64,000 nt of DNA, taken from the NCBI GenBank assembly GCA_022703055.1, contig JAKLEP010000003.1, forward strand, positions 214,238-278,237. The letters run 5' to 3'. This stretch comes from Candidatus Omnitrophota bacterium. Lineage in GTDB: Bacteria; Omnitrophota; Gorgyraeia; VGKH01. Each line of letters starts with the position of its first letter. Position 1 is the stretch's first letter. Below, in pieces: positions 10,292-19,837 of this stretch. Both the position numbers and the translations under genes were made by a program. Below the pieces are notes generated by a model. It had not been told where the DNA came from. It ran no database searches and saw only the letters and a list, made by a program, of their open reading frames with translations.

Positions 10292-10340
10292 TAATTAGCA
10301 CCTTTTTGTCTTCTGAATTCTATTCGAATATGAGGGTTAA

Positions 10341-10369
10341 AATATAACATTTTTTAATCCAGAAGTCAA
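10341..10369 (-). promoter_or_regulatory. candidate sigma-70 promoter of rplM-rpsI
   Basis: Minus strand TTGACT (10369-10364), 17-nt spacer, TATATT (10346-10341); AAGGTG Shine-Dalgarno before the rplM ATG. Confidence 0.4.
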
Positions 10370-11112
10370 TAGATAACTTTTAAAAGGCATAAACCGCGCG
10401 CAGGAGCGGTTGGGCCGGCCAATTTGCGGTTTTTGGACTCTAAAATCCGTTTCATGCTACCTTTTTTGAATCTTCCTCTGCCAATTTCGATCAAAGTCCC
10501 GACGATATTTCGCACCATCTTAAAAAGAAACCCGTCAGCTTCAATTTCAAATATTATTAAGTCGTTTTTTTTAGATAATTTGATATTTTTTATCGTGCGG
10601 ACTGATTTCTTTTTCTTTTTGTCTGCGGCCTGAAAAGCCTTAAAATCGTGTTTTCCTAGCAGACACCGAATCTCGCGCTTCATTAGATCAAAGTCTAACT
10701 TATAGGTGAATAGATAGCAGTATTTTCCTTCAAAAACCGAGCGATACGGCCGGTTCAATATCAAATAGCGATAGATTTTTGATTTTGCGCTGTAGCGGGA
10801 ATGAAAATCTGCATCCGCTTCTTCTACTTTTGTAACCGAAATGTCTTCGGGAATATTTGCATTAATGGCAACTCTAAACTTATCCAGAGGCATTTTGGAA
10901 TCGGTTTTAAAATTTGCCACTTGAGCCAATGCATGGACTCCGGAATCAGTTCTGCCAGAAGCAACAAGATTGGTTTTACGCTTACAAACCTTTTTTAAAG
11001 CCTCCTCCAAAGTCTCCTGGATCGTAGGCGATTTGTAATCCTTGGTCCTCTGCGTCTGAAAACCAACATAATTCGTTCCATCGTATTCGATGGTTAATTT
11101 GATATTGCGCAT
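10366..11112 (-). CDS. truA: tRNA pseudouridine(38-40) synthase
   Basis: 248 aa; YDGT.Y.GFQ.Q and GRTD.GVHA (catalytic Asp) motifs. Confidence 0.9.
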   Translation of the reverse strand: MRNIKLTIEYDGTNYVGFQTQRTKDYKSPTIQETLEEALKKVCKRKTNLVASGRTDSGVHALAQVANFKTDSKMPLDKFRVAINANIPEDISVTKVEEADADFHSRYSAKSKIYRYLILNRPYRSVFEGKYCYLFTYKLDFDLMKREIRCLLGKHDFKAFQAADKKKKKSVRTIKNIKLSKKNDLIIFEIEADGFLFKMVRNIVGTLIEIGRGRFKKGSMKRILESKNRKLAGPTAPARGLCLLKVIY

Positions 11113-11122
11113 TTTATAACGA

Positions 11123-12136
11123 TTATATTAAATGCTCGGCGATCTGGACAGCGTTGGTTGCCGCGCCTTTACGCAGGTTATCCGCGACGCACCACAGCCA
11201 CAGGCCGTTTTTCACGAAAGGATCCTTGCGGATTCGACCCACAAAAACTTCATCCTTGCCCTCGGCATCCTTAGGCATAGGATAAAGGCTATTTTTGGGA
11301 TCGTCTATCACGACAACTCCTTCGGACTTGGACAAAATATCTCGCGCAACCTCAGGAGTAATCGGCTTAGTAGTTTCAATATAAATCGACTCAGAATGTC
11401 CAGTCCTCACCGGAACCCGAACAGTGGTTGCCGAAATCTTGATTTTATCATCGTGCATAATCTTATGGGTTTCCTTAACCAGCTTCCATTCCTCGCTGGT
11501 ATATTCACAGTCGGCAAAACCGCCGATATGAGGAAATACATTGTAGGCCAATTGCTGTGGCATGGCCTTGCCTTCCACATGCACATGGATATTCTGGTAA
11601 TCTCCGAGGTTGATTTTCTTATTTTCCTCTTTTAACTGCTCAACCGCGCTTTTTCCCGCGCCGGATGAAGCCTGCAAAGTAGTAACGATTATACGCTTTA
11701 TCCCAACTTTCTTATAAATCGGATAAATCGTCACCACCATCTGAATGGTAGAGCAATTCGGATTAGCGATTATTCCCTTATTATTCTTGATATCGCCAGG
11801 ATTCACCTCAGGTATGACCAAAGGAACCTTGGGATCCATGCGGAAATCCGCGCCGTTATCGATGACAACCGCGCCTCTTTTTACAGCTTCAGGGCCATAA
11901 GTTACTGCTGCGCCCTTTTCGCCTTCAGTTCCGGCAAAAAGCGCGATATCTATACCTTCAAAGCTTTCGGGAGAAGTTGCTTTGACAGAAATTTTCTCGC
12001 CATCGACTTCGATATCCCTTGCCGAGCGCGCAAATACGCTTAAATCCGCCACAGGGAACTTACGCTGCCTTAAACTGCGCAGCATCTCGATTCCCACTAC
12101 GCCCACACCTACTACTGCAACATTGTATTTCTTCAT
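11123..12136 (-). CDS. asd: aspartate-semialdehyde dehydrogenase
   Basis: 337 aa; N-terminal VGVVG Rossmann, NPNCSTI active-site Cys block, DNL.KGAA C-terminal block. Confidence 0.9.
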   Translation of the reverse strand: MKKYNVAVVGVGVVGIEMLRSLRQRKFPVADLSVFARSARDIEVDGEKISVKATSPESFEGIDIALFAGTEGEKGAAVTYGPEAVKRGAVVIDNGADFRMDPKVPLVIPEVNPGDIKNNKGIIANPNCSTIQMVVTIYPIYKKVGIKRIIVTTLQASSGAGKSAVEQLKEENKKINLGDYQNIHVHVEGKAMPQQLAYNVFPHIGGFADCEYTSEEWKLVKETHKIMHDDKIKISATTVRVPVRTGHSESIYIETTKPITPEVARDILSKSEGVVVIDDPKNSLYPMPKDAEGKDEVFVGRIRKDPFVKNGLWLWCVADNLRKGAATNAVQIAEHLI

Positions 12137-12157
12137 GTTAACTCCGTTTTATTTTTT

Positions 12158-12249
12158 CTTAACGCAGATTTACGCAAATCAAACGCGGATTCTCGCAGAT
12201 ATTCTGAATCTGCGACCATCTGCGTGCAATCTGCGAATATCTGCGTTAA
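12158..12249. repeat. symmetric array of eight CGCAGAT/ATCTGCG heptamers at 10-11-bp spacing (four direct, four inverted)
   Basis: Left half: aaCGCAGAT, ttaCGCAaAT, caaaCGCgGAT, tctCGCAGAT. Centre: attctga. Right half: ATCTGCGacc, ATCTGCGtgca, ATCTGCGaat, ATCTGCGttaa. Outer arms ttaacgcagat/atctgcgttaa are perfectly complementary. Fills the leuB-asd spacer. Confidence 0.7.
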
Positions 12250-12254
12250 AAAAA

Positions 12255-13310
12255 TTATAAATTCTTAACAACTAAATCCCCTACCTCAGTTGTGGAATAA
12301 CCCATCTTCCCAGCTGCCAGAGATTTCATTTTTGTCTGCACGATTTTGATAACTGCATCTTCCACCATCTTGCCGGCTTTTTCTTCGCCGATTTCATTCA
12401 AAAGCATTGAAACCGCGCAGATTGCCGCCAGTGGATTAATTACATTCTTACCGGTATATTTCGGCGCGCTTCCGCCGATCGGCTCAAACATGGAAACGCC
12501 TTGCGGATTGATATTCCCGCCGGCTGCGATTCCCATTCCGCCCTGTACCATAGCGCCCAAATCAGTAATAATATCTCCGAACATATTATCAGTGACAATC
12601 ACATCAAACCATTCCGGATTCTTCACAAACCACATGGTTGTGGCATCTACGTGGGCATAGTCAGTAGTTATATCCGGATATTCTTTGGCGACTTCATTAA
12701 AGGTGCGCTGCCACAAATCCCAGGCAAAGGTAAGAACATTGGTCTTGCCACAAAGAGTTAATTTCTTTTTGCGATTGCGCTTGCGGCAGAAATCAAAGGC
12801 ATAGCGGATACAGCGCTCCACACCTTTTCTGGTATTATAGGAAATCTGAATCGCGACTTCATCCTTGGTGCCTTTCTTTTGAAACTCGCCCATTCCTTTA
12901 TATAGGCCTTCGGAGTTTTCGCGTACTACCACAAAATCCACATCCTCTGCCTTTTTATCTTTCAGCGGGCAAAATGCCGGATTATATAATCTAATCGGAC
13001 GCAAATTGATATATTGGTCCAAGGAAAATCTTAATTTTAAAAGGATTCCTGTCTCCAGAATCCCGGGTTTTACATCAGGATGTCCGATTGCGCCTAAGAA
13101 AATCGCAGAATATTTCTTAAGTTCTTCAATATCTTTATCTTCCAGGGTCTTTCCAGTCTTCAAATACCTGTCGCCGTCAAAATTGAAATTTACGGCCTCG
13201 TATTTAAAACCAGTCTTTTTAGAAACCGCTTCTAATACTTTCAAGCCCTCACTGACTACTTCCGGGCCTGTCCCGTCGCCGGGGATAACTGCAATTCTGT
13301 AAGATTTCAT
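12255..13310 (-). CDS. leuB: 3-isopropylmalate dehydrogenase (isocitrate/isopropylmalate DH family)
   Basis: 351 aa; beta-decarboxylating dehydrogenase blocks (VREN.EG.Y, NMFGDI.TD, GSAP). leuB assigned from adjacency to leuD/leuC. Confidence 0.8.
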   Translation of the reverse strand: MKSYRIAVIPGDGTGPEVVSEGLKVLEAVSKKTGFKYEAVNFNFDGDRYLKTGKTLEDKDIEELKKYSAIFLGAIGHPDVKPGILETGILLKLRFSLDQYINLRPIRLYNPAFCPLKDKKAEDVDFVVVRENSEGLYKGMGEFQKKGTKDEVAIQISYNTRKGVERCIRYAFDFCRKRNRKKKLTLCGKTNVLTFAWDLWQRTFNEVAKEYPDITTDYAHVDATTMWFVKNPEWFDVIVTDNMFGDIITDLGAMVQGGMGIAAGGNINPQGVSMFEPIGGSAPKYTGKNVINPLAAICAVSMLLNEIGEEKAGKMVEDAVIKIVQTKMKSLAAGKMGYSTTEVGDLVVKNL

Positions 13311-13311
13311 T

Positions 13312-13800
13312 TTACTTTTTCCTCTTTCGTACCCAATTCATCAATCCGCCGGCATTGACTAATTCCTGCATGAAACCAGAAAATGCACTGGAGTGATAAG
13401 TTTTGTTATTGTTTAGATTTTTTATTATACCTTTATCTACGTCGATTTCCAGTAAATCGTTAGATTTTATATCGGATGTATCCTTAATTTCAAATATTGG
13501 CAGCCCAATATTTATCGCGTTTCTGAAGAATATCCGTGCAAAACTCTCGGCAATAACGCAAGAAATCCCGCAGCCTTTTATAGCGCGCGGCGCATGCTCA
13601 CGCGATGAGCCGCATCCGAAATTCTTGCCGGCGACGATGATATCTGATTTTTTGACTTTTTTCACGAAGTCTCTATCCAATGTTTCCATGCAATGCTTGC
13701 CCAAATCTTCTTCTTTAGTCAAATTAAGATACTGCGCGGCGATAATCTCGTCGGTATTGACATCGTCAGCAAATCTATGAACTTTGCCTTTTATAATCAT
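13312..13800 (-). CDS. leuD: 3-isopropylmalate dehydratase small subunit
   Basis: 162 aa; short aconitase swivel-domain type, GKNFGCGSSREHA motif. Confidence 0.85.
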   Translation of the reverse strand: MIIKGKVHRFADDVNTDEIIAAQYLNLTKEEDLGKHCMETLDRDFVKKVKKSDIIVAGKNFGCGSSREHAPRAIKGCGISCVIAESFARIFFRNAINIGLPIFEIKDTSDIKSNDLLEIDVDKGIIKNLNNNKTYHSSAFSGFMQELVNAGGLMNWVRKRKK

Positions 13801-13810
13801 GAAAATGTCC

Positions 13811-14071
13811 TCAAATTTTTATTATTCTAGCTAATAAAATAAGCGCGAATGCCAAGCCAAAAATCAGCAACAGAATTCCTGCCCTTTTATGGACAGAAAC
13901 AAACTTCTTCTCATCGGTAATCTTCCATTCAAAGCCATAGGGGCGCGAGTATTTATTCTGCATTTCAATCCACAAATACGGCTTTAAGATAAGCAGCAGG
14001 CAAAAAAGGATCCAGCAAATCATGAATACTGCCAGAAACGGACCTATGACAATATCAAACTGAAAATCCAT
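13811..14071 (-). CDS. hypothetical small membrane protein (2 TM)
   Basis: Start placed at ATG 14071, preceded by GAGGG. Two long hydrophobic helices; no recognisable family. Confidence 0.4.
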   Translation of the reverse strand: MDFQFDIVIGPFLAVFMICWILFCLLLILKPYLWIEMQNKYSRPYGFEWKITDEKKFVSVHKRAGILLLIFGLAFALILLARIIKI

Positions 14072-14094
14072 TCTACCCTCCTTCAATGAGCGCA

Positions 14095-14453
14095 CAATTT
14101 ACGGAAACAAGAGTGACGTAAATTGTCTGCGCGAATTGAACCCAGCCCTCTAAGCTATTCCGATAGCGAGATACGCAATCTCTGTCTTAGCGCCCGCCAG
14201 GCACTTCCATACATTTTAAGTTTTCGTTCTCTATCCCGAGCTTCTTTCTCGGTTTTATAAGCTTCGTAATAAATAAGTTCGATTTCTTTTGTCGCTTTAT
14301 GCTGTTTTAACCTTTGTTCTAAATTAGCAGTAAAACCAATGTAAGTTTTATTGCTGCCCTTTTCTTTCAGTAAATATACGTAATACATTGCGCGTAGAGG
14401 GCTGGGTCAAATTCAGCCATCAAACTTACGTTCACTATCGTTCCGTAAGTTTG
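14095..14453. mobile_element. GIY-YIG ORF cassette bounded by ~58-bp imperfect terminal inverted repeats, inserted between leuC and leuD
   Basis: Left flank 14095-14152 and reverse complement of right flank 14395-14453 align over their length. Each has an outer hairpin (caatttacg..cgtaaattg / caaacttacg..cgtaagtttg) plus an inner block gaattgaacccagccctcta / tagagggctgggtcaaattc. No transposase or target duplication seen. Confidence 0.4.
14155..14388 (-). CDS. GIY-YIG nuclease-family protein (short, 77 aa)
   Basis: MYYVYLLK...KTYIGFT...RL.QH...YYE.....EA..RE..LK: GIY / YIG / catalytic-Glu spacing of the UPF0213-type GIY-YIG domain. Confidence 0.75.
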   Translation of the reverse strand: MYYVYLLKEKGSNKTYIGFTANLEQRLKQHKATKEIELIYYEAYKTEKEARDRERKLKMYGSAWRALRQRLRISLSE

Positions 14454-14457
14454 GGCT

Positions 14458-15759
14458 TCATTTGACCTCCTCAGGATGAGTAATTCTTCCTTTTATACTG
14501 CTTGCTGCTGCCACCGCCGGATTAGACAAATAGACAAAGCTCTTGGGATCGCCCATACGGCCAAGGAAATTCCTATTAGTTGTTGCCAAGGCAACTTCGC
14601 CTTCGGTTATGATTCCCAAGTGCCCGCCAAGACAAGGGCCGCAGCTAGGTGTCGTAAAAACTCCACCGGCGCGGATAAAAATCTCGGCTAAGCCCTCGTT
14701 AATCGCCTCAAGATAAATTTTCTGAGTCGCCGGCAAAACTATCAAACGTAAGCCTCGCGCGACTTTCTTTCCTCTTAATATATTAGCCGCAATCCTCAAA
14801 TCCGAAATCCGACCATTAGTACAAGAACCGATAACTACTTGATCCAACTTTACATTCTTCAATTGGCTTATTGGTTTTACGTTGCTAGGAAGATGCGGGC
14901 AGGCAATTGCCGGCTCCCATTTTGACACATCATAAGTTTTTACTTGCGAATACCTAGCAGCCTTGTCGCTGGCTAAATCGCTCCAGTTGTTAATTTTCTC
15001 TTTCCAGGCCTTCTCGCTTAATGATTTATATTTGGGCGTATGCCTGACATAGGCAAAAGTTTTTCTATCAGGGGCAATTATGCCGGATTTTCCCCCCGCC
15101 TCAATAGCCATGTTGCATATGGAGAATCTGTCATCCATATCCAAATCTTCAATAGCAACGCCTGAAAATTCCATAGCTTTATAGCTTGCACCATCGACAC
15201 CGATATCGGCGATGGTGTGTAAAATCAGGTCTTTACCGCCGACCCATTTATTAAATCTTCCTCTATAGACGAATTTTATTGATTCGGGAACCTTAAACCA
15301 AGCTTTTCCTAGCGCCCAGCTGGCAGCTAAATCGGTTGAGCCAACACCAGTGGAAAATGCGCCAAGCGCACCGTAAGTGCATGTATGGGAATCTGCGCCA
15401 ATCACCAAATCTCCTGGCGCAACCAATCCCAATTCTGGCAGCAACGCATGTTCTACGCCCATGCAACCGATCTCAAAATAATTTTTTATTTTGTATTTTG
15501 CCGCAAAGTTTTTTAAGGTTTTGGCGGCATTGGCTGCTTTTAAATCCTTGGCCGGCAAGAAATGATCAGGCACTAAAGCGATCTTGTCGCGATCAAATAC
15601 TTTCTTAAGACCAAGCTTCTCAAATTCCTCTATTGCCAAAGGCGCAGTGATATCATTACCCAAAGTCAAATCGACCTTAGCTAAGATAAACTGACCAGGC
15701 TTTAATTGTTTATTGCCTGTATGCGAACTTAAGATTTTTTCCGTAATCGTCATAGACAT
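14458..15759 (-). CDS. leuC: 3-isopropylmalate dehydratase large subunit
   Basis: 433 aa; aconitase-family blocks (DHT., GADSHT, GSCTNGR, Cys ligands CGPCLG). Confidence 0.85.
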   Translation of the reverse strand: MSMTITEKILSSHTGNKQLKPGQFILAKVDLTLGNDITAPLAIEEFEKLGLKKVFDRDKIALVPDHFLPAKDLKAANAAKTLKNFAAKYKIKNYFEIGCMGVEHALLPELGLVAPGDLVIGADSHTCTYGALGAFSTGVGSTDLAASWALGKAWFKVPESIKFVYRGRFNKWVGGKDLILHTIADIGVDGASYKAMEFSGVAIEDLDMDDRFSICNMAIEAGGKSGIIAPDRKTFAYVRHTPKYKSLSEKAWKEKINNWSDLASDKAARYSQVKTYDVSKWEPAIACPHLPSNVKPISQLKNVKLDQVVIGSCTNGRISDLRIAANILRGKKVARGLRLIVLPATQKIYLEAINEGLAEIFIRAGGVFTTPSCGPCLGGHLGIITEGEVALATTNRNFLGRMGDPKSFVYLSNPAVAAASSIKGRITHPEEVK

Positions 15760-15818
15760 GATTTACCTAATATTATATCTTTAATTATAAATTCTGCAAT
15801 AAGGATTAGAAAGTTGCC

Positions 15819-17066
15819 TTATTTGAATTTCTTGATAAGTAAACTGGCATTGTGTCCGCCGAAACCTAAAGAGTTGGACATCGCCACGTTTACTTTTGCT
15901 TGGCGGGCTTTGTTAGGTACGTAATCCAGGTCGCATTCCGGATCGGGATTATCGTAATTTATTGTTGGTGGGATAATATCATTTTTAATCGCTAATACCG
16001 AAGCAACAAATTCCACTCCGCCAGCAGCGCCCAAAAGATGACCAGTCACCGATTTAGTGGAGCTAATCGCCACTTTCTTGGCATGCGCGCCAAAACTCCG
16101 CTTGATTGCCAAAGTTTCAATCTTATCGTTTAATAAAGTCGATGTGCCATGCGCATTTATATAGGAAACCTCTTCCGGCTTAATATTGGCGTTAGCCAAT
16201 GCCATGTTCATAGCACGGGATGCACCATCGCCCTCCGGGTCGGGCGCAGTGATATGATAAGCGTCTGCCGACATCCCGTATCCCGTAAACTCAGCATAGA
16301 TATGAGCGCCTCTTTTCTTGGCATGCTCTAAAGTTTCAAGCACTACGATCCCTGCACCTTCAGCCATAACAAAACCATCTCTGTCTCTTTCAAACGGCCT
16401 GCTTGCCTTTTGAGGATCATCATTTCTCGTAGACAAAGCCTTCAAAGCGCAAAAACCGCCGATTCCAAGTACGGTAATACAGCTCTCAGTCCCACCGCAA
16501 ACCATTACATCGGCATCGCCGTGTTGAATAATTCTTGCGGCATCGCCGATTGCGTGCGAACCGGAAGCGCAAGCTGTAGCCACACAGGAATTAGGACCCC
16601 TTAAATTCATATCCATAGAAATATGGCCAGCTGCCTCATTAACAATTAATAGAGGAATCATGAAAGGAGAAAATTTCTTCGGGCCGTGCTTCATGAAATT
16701 TTCGTATTCTTTTTCGACCGTATGCAGGCTGCCGATGCCTGAGCCGACAAAAACTCCGATGCGGTTTCTATCTTCTTTTTCAAAATCCAGGCCGGAATCT
16801 TTAGCTGCTTCTCGTGCCGCCACAACGGCATACTGGACAAATCTATCCATGCGCCGGCATTCCTTACTATTAAAATGGGTAAGCGGATCAAAACCTTTTA
16901 CTTCTCCGGCAATATTAGAATCGAAGCCGCTGGCATCAAATTGGGTAACCTTACCAATGCCGCTTTTGCCTTCCAAAATGGCATTCCAAAAGTCTTTAGT
17001 ATTATTCCCCACAGGAGAAATAATGCCCAAACCCGTAACCACGACTCTGATATCGTTATTCATCAT
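15819..17066 (-). CDS. fabF: beta-ketoacyl-ACP synthase II
   Basis: 415 aa; active-site ACASG, HGTST and GFGGHN motifs. Confidence 0.9.
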   Translation of the reverse strand: MMNNDIRVVVTGLGIISPVGNNTKDFWNAILEGKSGIGKVTQFDASGFDSNIAGEVKGFDPLTHFNSKECRRMDRFVQYAVVAAREAAKDSGLDFEKEDRNRIGVFVGSGIGSLHTVEKEYENFMKHGPKKFSPFMIPLLIVNEAAGHISMDMNLRGPNSCVATACASGSHAIGDAARIIQHGDADVMVCGGTESCITVLGIGGFCALKALSTRNDDPQKASRPFERDRDGFVMAEGAGIVVLETLEHAKKRGAHIYAEFTGYGMSADAYHITAPDPEGDGASRAMNMALANANIKPEEVSYINAHGTSTLLNDKIETLAIKRSFGAHAKKVAISSTKSVTGHLLGAAGGVEFVASVLAIKNDIIPPTINYDNPDPECDLDYVPNKARQAKVNVAMSNSLGFGGHNASLLIKKFK

Positions 17067-17074
17067 AAACAGTT

Positions 17075-17096
17075 GCCCCGACTAAAGAGTCGGGGC
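17075..17096 (-). promoter_or_regulatory. GC-rich hairpin in the acpP-fabF spacer (possible attenuator/processing site)
   Basis: GCCCCGAC-taaaga-GTCGGGGC, 8-bp perfect stem; no clear T-tract after it on the minus strand. Confidence 0.35.
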
Positions 17097-17129
17097 GAAA
17101 TTTATTTAAAAATTTGAGTTAAATTCTTA

Positions 17130-17372
17130 CTATTTTGTTTGCTTAGCTTTTTCTTCAATGTATTTAATTGCATCGCCAACAGTGGTCATTTTTTCGGCGT
17201 CTTCATCAGGAATCTCGATTCCAAACTCTTCTTCGAGCGCCATTACCAATTCCACCGTGTCTAATGAATCTGCACCTAAATCATCGATGAATGAGGCCTC
17301 AGGCGTAACCTCTTCGGGTTTTACCCCTAGCTGTTCTGCGATAATTGCCTTTACTTTTTCTACTACAGCCAT
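17130..17372 (-). CDS. acpP: acyl carrier protein
   Basis: 80 aa; DLGADSLD phosphopantetheine-attachment motif, between fabG and fabF. Confidence 0.9.
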   Translation of the reverse strand: MAVVEKVKAIIAEQLGVKPEEVTPEASFIDDLGADSLDTVELVMALEEEFGIEIPDEDAEKMTTVGDAIKYIEEKAKQTK

Positions 17373-17418
17373 GTACTTACCTCCTTTAGTGTTTTCCCGT
17401 CAAGTTGTCCCTACGGGG

Positions 17419-18159
17419 CTACATTGCCATGCCGCCATCTACTACAATAGTCTGACCAGTTATATAATCTGAATCTGGCGAGGCTAAGAATAAACACGCA
17501 TTTGCTACATCTTTAGTAGAGCCCATTCGCTTAAGCGGTATAAGCCCAAGCATCTGGTTCTTGACTTCCTCAGGAAGCTTGTCGGTCATCTCCGTTTTAA
17601 TATAACCCGGAGCAACTGCATTGACCGTTATATTCCTGGAAGCGAATTCCCTTGCCACTGATTTAGTGAATCCAATTATGCCAGCTTTACTAGCTGCGTA
17701 ATTTGCCTGACCGGGATTCCCCATTATACCAATGATCGAAGCAATGTTGATAATCTTGCCTTGCTGCTGCTTAAGCATTACTTTCGATACTGCCTTGGTG
17801 CAATTGAAAACCCCTTTTAGGTTTACGCTTAGGACAGCATCCCAATCGCTCTCTTTCATTCGCAAGAGCAAATTGTCTTTGGTAATGCCTGCGTTGTTTA
17901 CTAATATATCAATCCTTTTAAATTTGTCAAGAATTTTGTTTATCAAGTTTTCTACATCAGCTAAATTAGTAACGTCGACCTTAACTCCAAGCGCCTGAAC
18001 ACCTAGCGACTCTATGTCTTGGGCAGTCTGAACAGCAGACTCTTCGTTTACATCGCAAATGACGATATTTGCGCCTTCTTTAGCCATGGTTTCGGCAATT
18101 TCCCTGCCAATCCCTCGCCCAGAACCTGTGATTAAAGCAACTTTGTCTTTTAGGATCAT
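17419..18159 (-). CDS. fabG: 3-oxoacyl-ACP reductase
   Basis: 246 aa; SDR motifs TGSGRGIG, NNAG, YAASKAG. Confidence 0.9.
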   Translation of the reverse strand: MILKDKVALITGSGRGIGREIAETMAKEGANIVICDVNEESAVQTAQDIESLGVQALGVKVDVTNLADVENLINKILDKFKRIDILVNNAGITKDNLLLRMKESDWDAVLSVNLKGVFNCTKAVSKVMLKQQQGKIINIASIIGIMGNPGQANYAASKAGIIGFTKSVAREFASRNITVNAVAPGYIKTEMTDKLPEEVKNQMLGLIPLKRMGSTKDVANACLFLASPDSDYITGQTIVVDGGMAM

Positions 18160-18213
18160 TTGAATGACTGCTTGGTAAGATCTAGAAATATATTAACAAT
18201 TAAAAATCATATT

Positions 18214-18241
18214 GCAAGAAAAATCTATAGATTTTTCTTGC
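18214..18241 (-). terminator. rho-independent terminator after rpoD
   Basis: Perfect 28-nt palindrome gcaagaaaaatcta/tagatttttcttgc, 26 nt after the rpoD stop, followed on the minus strand by AT-rich sequence (aatatgattttt). Confidence 0.55.
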
Positions 18242-18267
18242 CATTATTCTGATTTTTATTTATCCGG

Positions 18268-19830
18268 CTATATATTTTCGTTTTCTCTGGCCATAGCCAT
18301 ATCGAGAAAACTTCTTAAGCGCCTTGAGCGGGTTGGGTGTCTCAGTTTTCGTAATGCCTTAGCTTCGATCTGGCGCACACGTTCCCTGGTGACCTTGAAG
18401 ATATTACCGACCTCTTCCAGAGTCCTGGGAGAACCGTCGGCTATGCCGAATCTTAAGTCCAGAATTCTCTTCTCTCGGTCGCTCAAAGATTCCAAAACCG
18501 TTCCAATCTCATCTTTAAGCATTGACTGGATTGTGGCATTTGCCGGCGACACAGCTTTTTTATCCTCGATGAAATCGCCGAAGTGCGTATCGCCTTCATC
18601 CCCAATAGGAGTCTGAAGCGAAATCGGCTCCTGGGAAATCTTTAAGATTTCTTTAACCTTATCAACGGGTAGACGCACTGACCTGGCGATTTCCTGAGGA
18701 GTCGGTTCACGCCCATTTTCCTGGACAAAAATACGAGAAACCCTGATTATCTTATTAATAGTCTCGGTCATATGCACAGGAATTCTAATGGTTCTTGCCT
18801 GATCGGCGATGGAACGGGTGATTGCCTGTCTAATCCACCAGGTGGCGTAAGTCGAGAACTTATACCCTCTCTTATATTCAAATTTCTCAACTGCGCGGAT
18901 AAGGCCCATATTTCCTTCCTGGATTAAATCAAGAAATGAAAGTCCGCGGTTGATGTATTTCTTAGCAATACTCACAACCAAACGCAAATTTGCCTCGACT
19001 AAATTCTTCTTAGCGCGATTAAACTTTGCCTGGCGCACTTTGATTACCCTTATCTGCTCCTTGAATTTATCTAAAGATTTATAGCCTAACTGCCTGATAA
19101 GTTTTCTCTTTCTGAATCTCAATTTGGCCACGGTCAAGTTGGCTTTCTTTCTGGCCCTGGAATTTTTTGATTCCCTGTCAATGCGGTCGATATTCTTTAA
19201 GATATCCTCTATCTCCTTAACTAGCATGTAAGCAACCCAAGGGTTTAAATTAAATTCCAGCAGCAAATCCAGGAATTTCTTCGAGTCTTTCCTAGTACGC
19301 TGGGTTTTTTCCCTCAAGTATCTTGTGCGGCGCAGGAGTTTTATCTTACCCTGCGTCTCATCCTTGATGTATTCTTCGATGTTGAACTCGCCGCTTATAA
19401 TACCATCAATTATCTTAAGGACTTCGATCCTTCCAAAATCGGTAGTCAAGACAGTCTCAATAAACTTCTTTTCGGCATCTTCTATTTTCTTGGCCAGTTC
19501 TATTTCATCCTCTCGCGACAAAAGAGAAATTGAACCCATCTGTTTAAGATACATCTTTACAGGATCATCCAGCGGCAGGAATTTATCCGGTACTTCCTCT
19601 TCTTCCTTCATGTCTTTTTGATCCGGCTCTTGTTTGTCGTAACCTAATCTGTCGCTGCTGACAATTCTAATGTCTTTATTGCCAAGGGCGTCAAAAATCT
19701 CGTCGATCTCCTCGGAAGAAACGACATCATCGGAAAGGACATTATTGACTTCGTCGTAAGTCAAGAAACCTTTTTTCTTGCCTAGTGTTATAAGTTTTTC
19801 TAGATCCTTTTTGAGCTCTTTCTTGGTCAT
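18268..19830 (-). CDS. rpoD: RNA polymerase primary sigma factor
   Basis: 520 aa; regions 1.1-4.2 incl. [23 protein letters not shown], and the region 4.2 HTH ([17 protein letters not shown]). Confidence 0.9.
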   Translation of the reverse strand: MTKKELKKDLEKLITLGKKKGFLTYDEVNNVLSDDVVSSEEIDEIFDALGNKDIRIVSSDRLGYDKQEPDQKDMKEEEEVPDKFLPLDDPVKMYLKQMGSISLLSREDEIELAKKIEDAEKKFIETVLTTDFGRIEVLKIIDGIISGEFNIEEYIKDETQGKIKLLRRTRYLREKTQRTRKDSKKFLDLLLEFNLNPWVAYMLVKEIEDILKNIDRIDRESKNSRARKKANLTVAKLRFRKRKLIRQLGYKSLDKFKEQIRVIKVRQAKFNRAKKNLVEANLRLVVSIAKKYINRGLSFLDLIQEGNMGLIRAVEKFEYKRGYKFSTYATWWIRQAITRSIADQARTIRIPVHMTETINKIIRVSRIFVQENGREPTPQEIARSVRLPVDKVKEILKISQEPISLQTPIGDEGDTHFGDFIEDKKAVSPANATIQSMLKDEIGTVLESLSDREKRILDLRFGIADGSPRTLEEVGNIFKVTRERVRQIEAKALRKLRHPTRSRRLRSFLDMAMARENENI

Positions 19831-19837
19831 TATTCTT

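Noticed and set aside
12158-12249. The phased repeat array as a CRISPR array
   Set aside because: The repeat unit is 7 bp with 3-4-bp gaps and mirror symmetry. There are no spacers of 25-40 bp and no cas genes. No CRISPR-like array was seen anywhere in the window.
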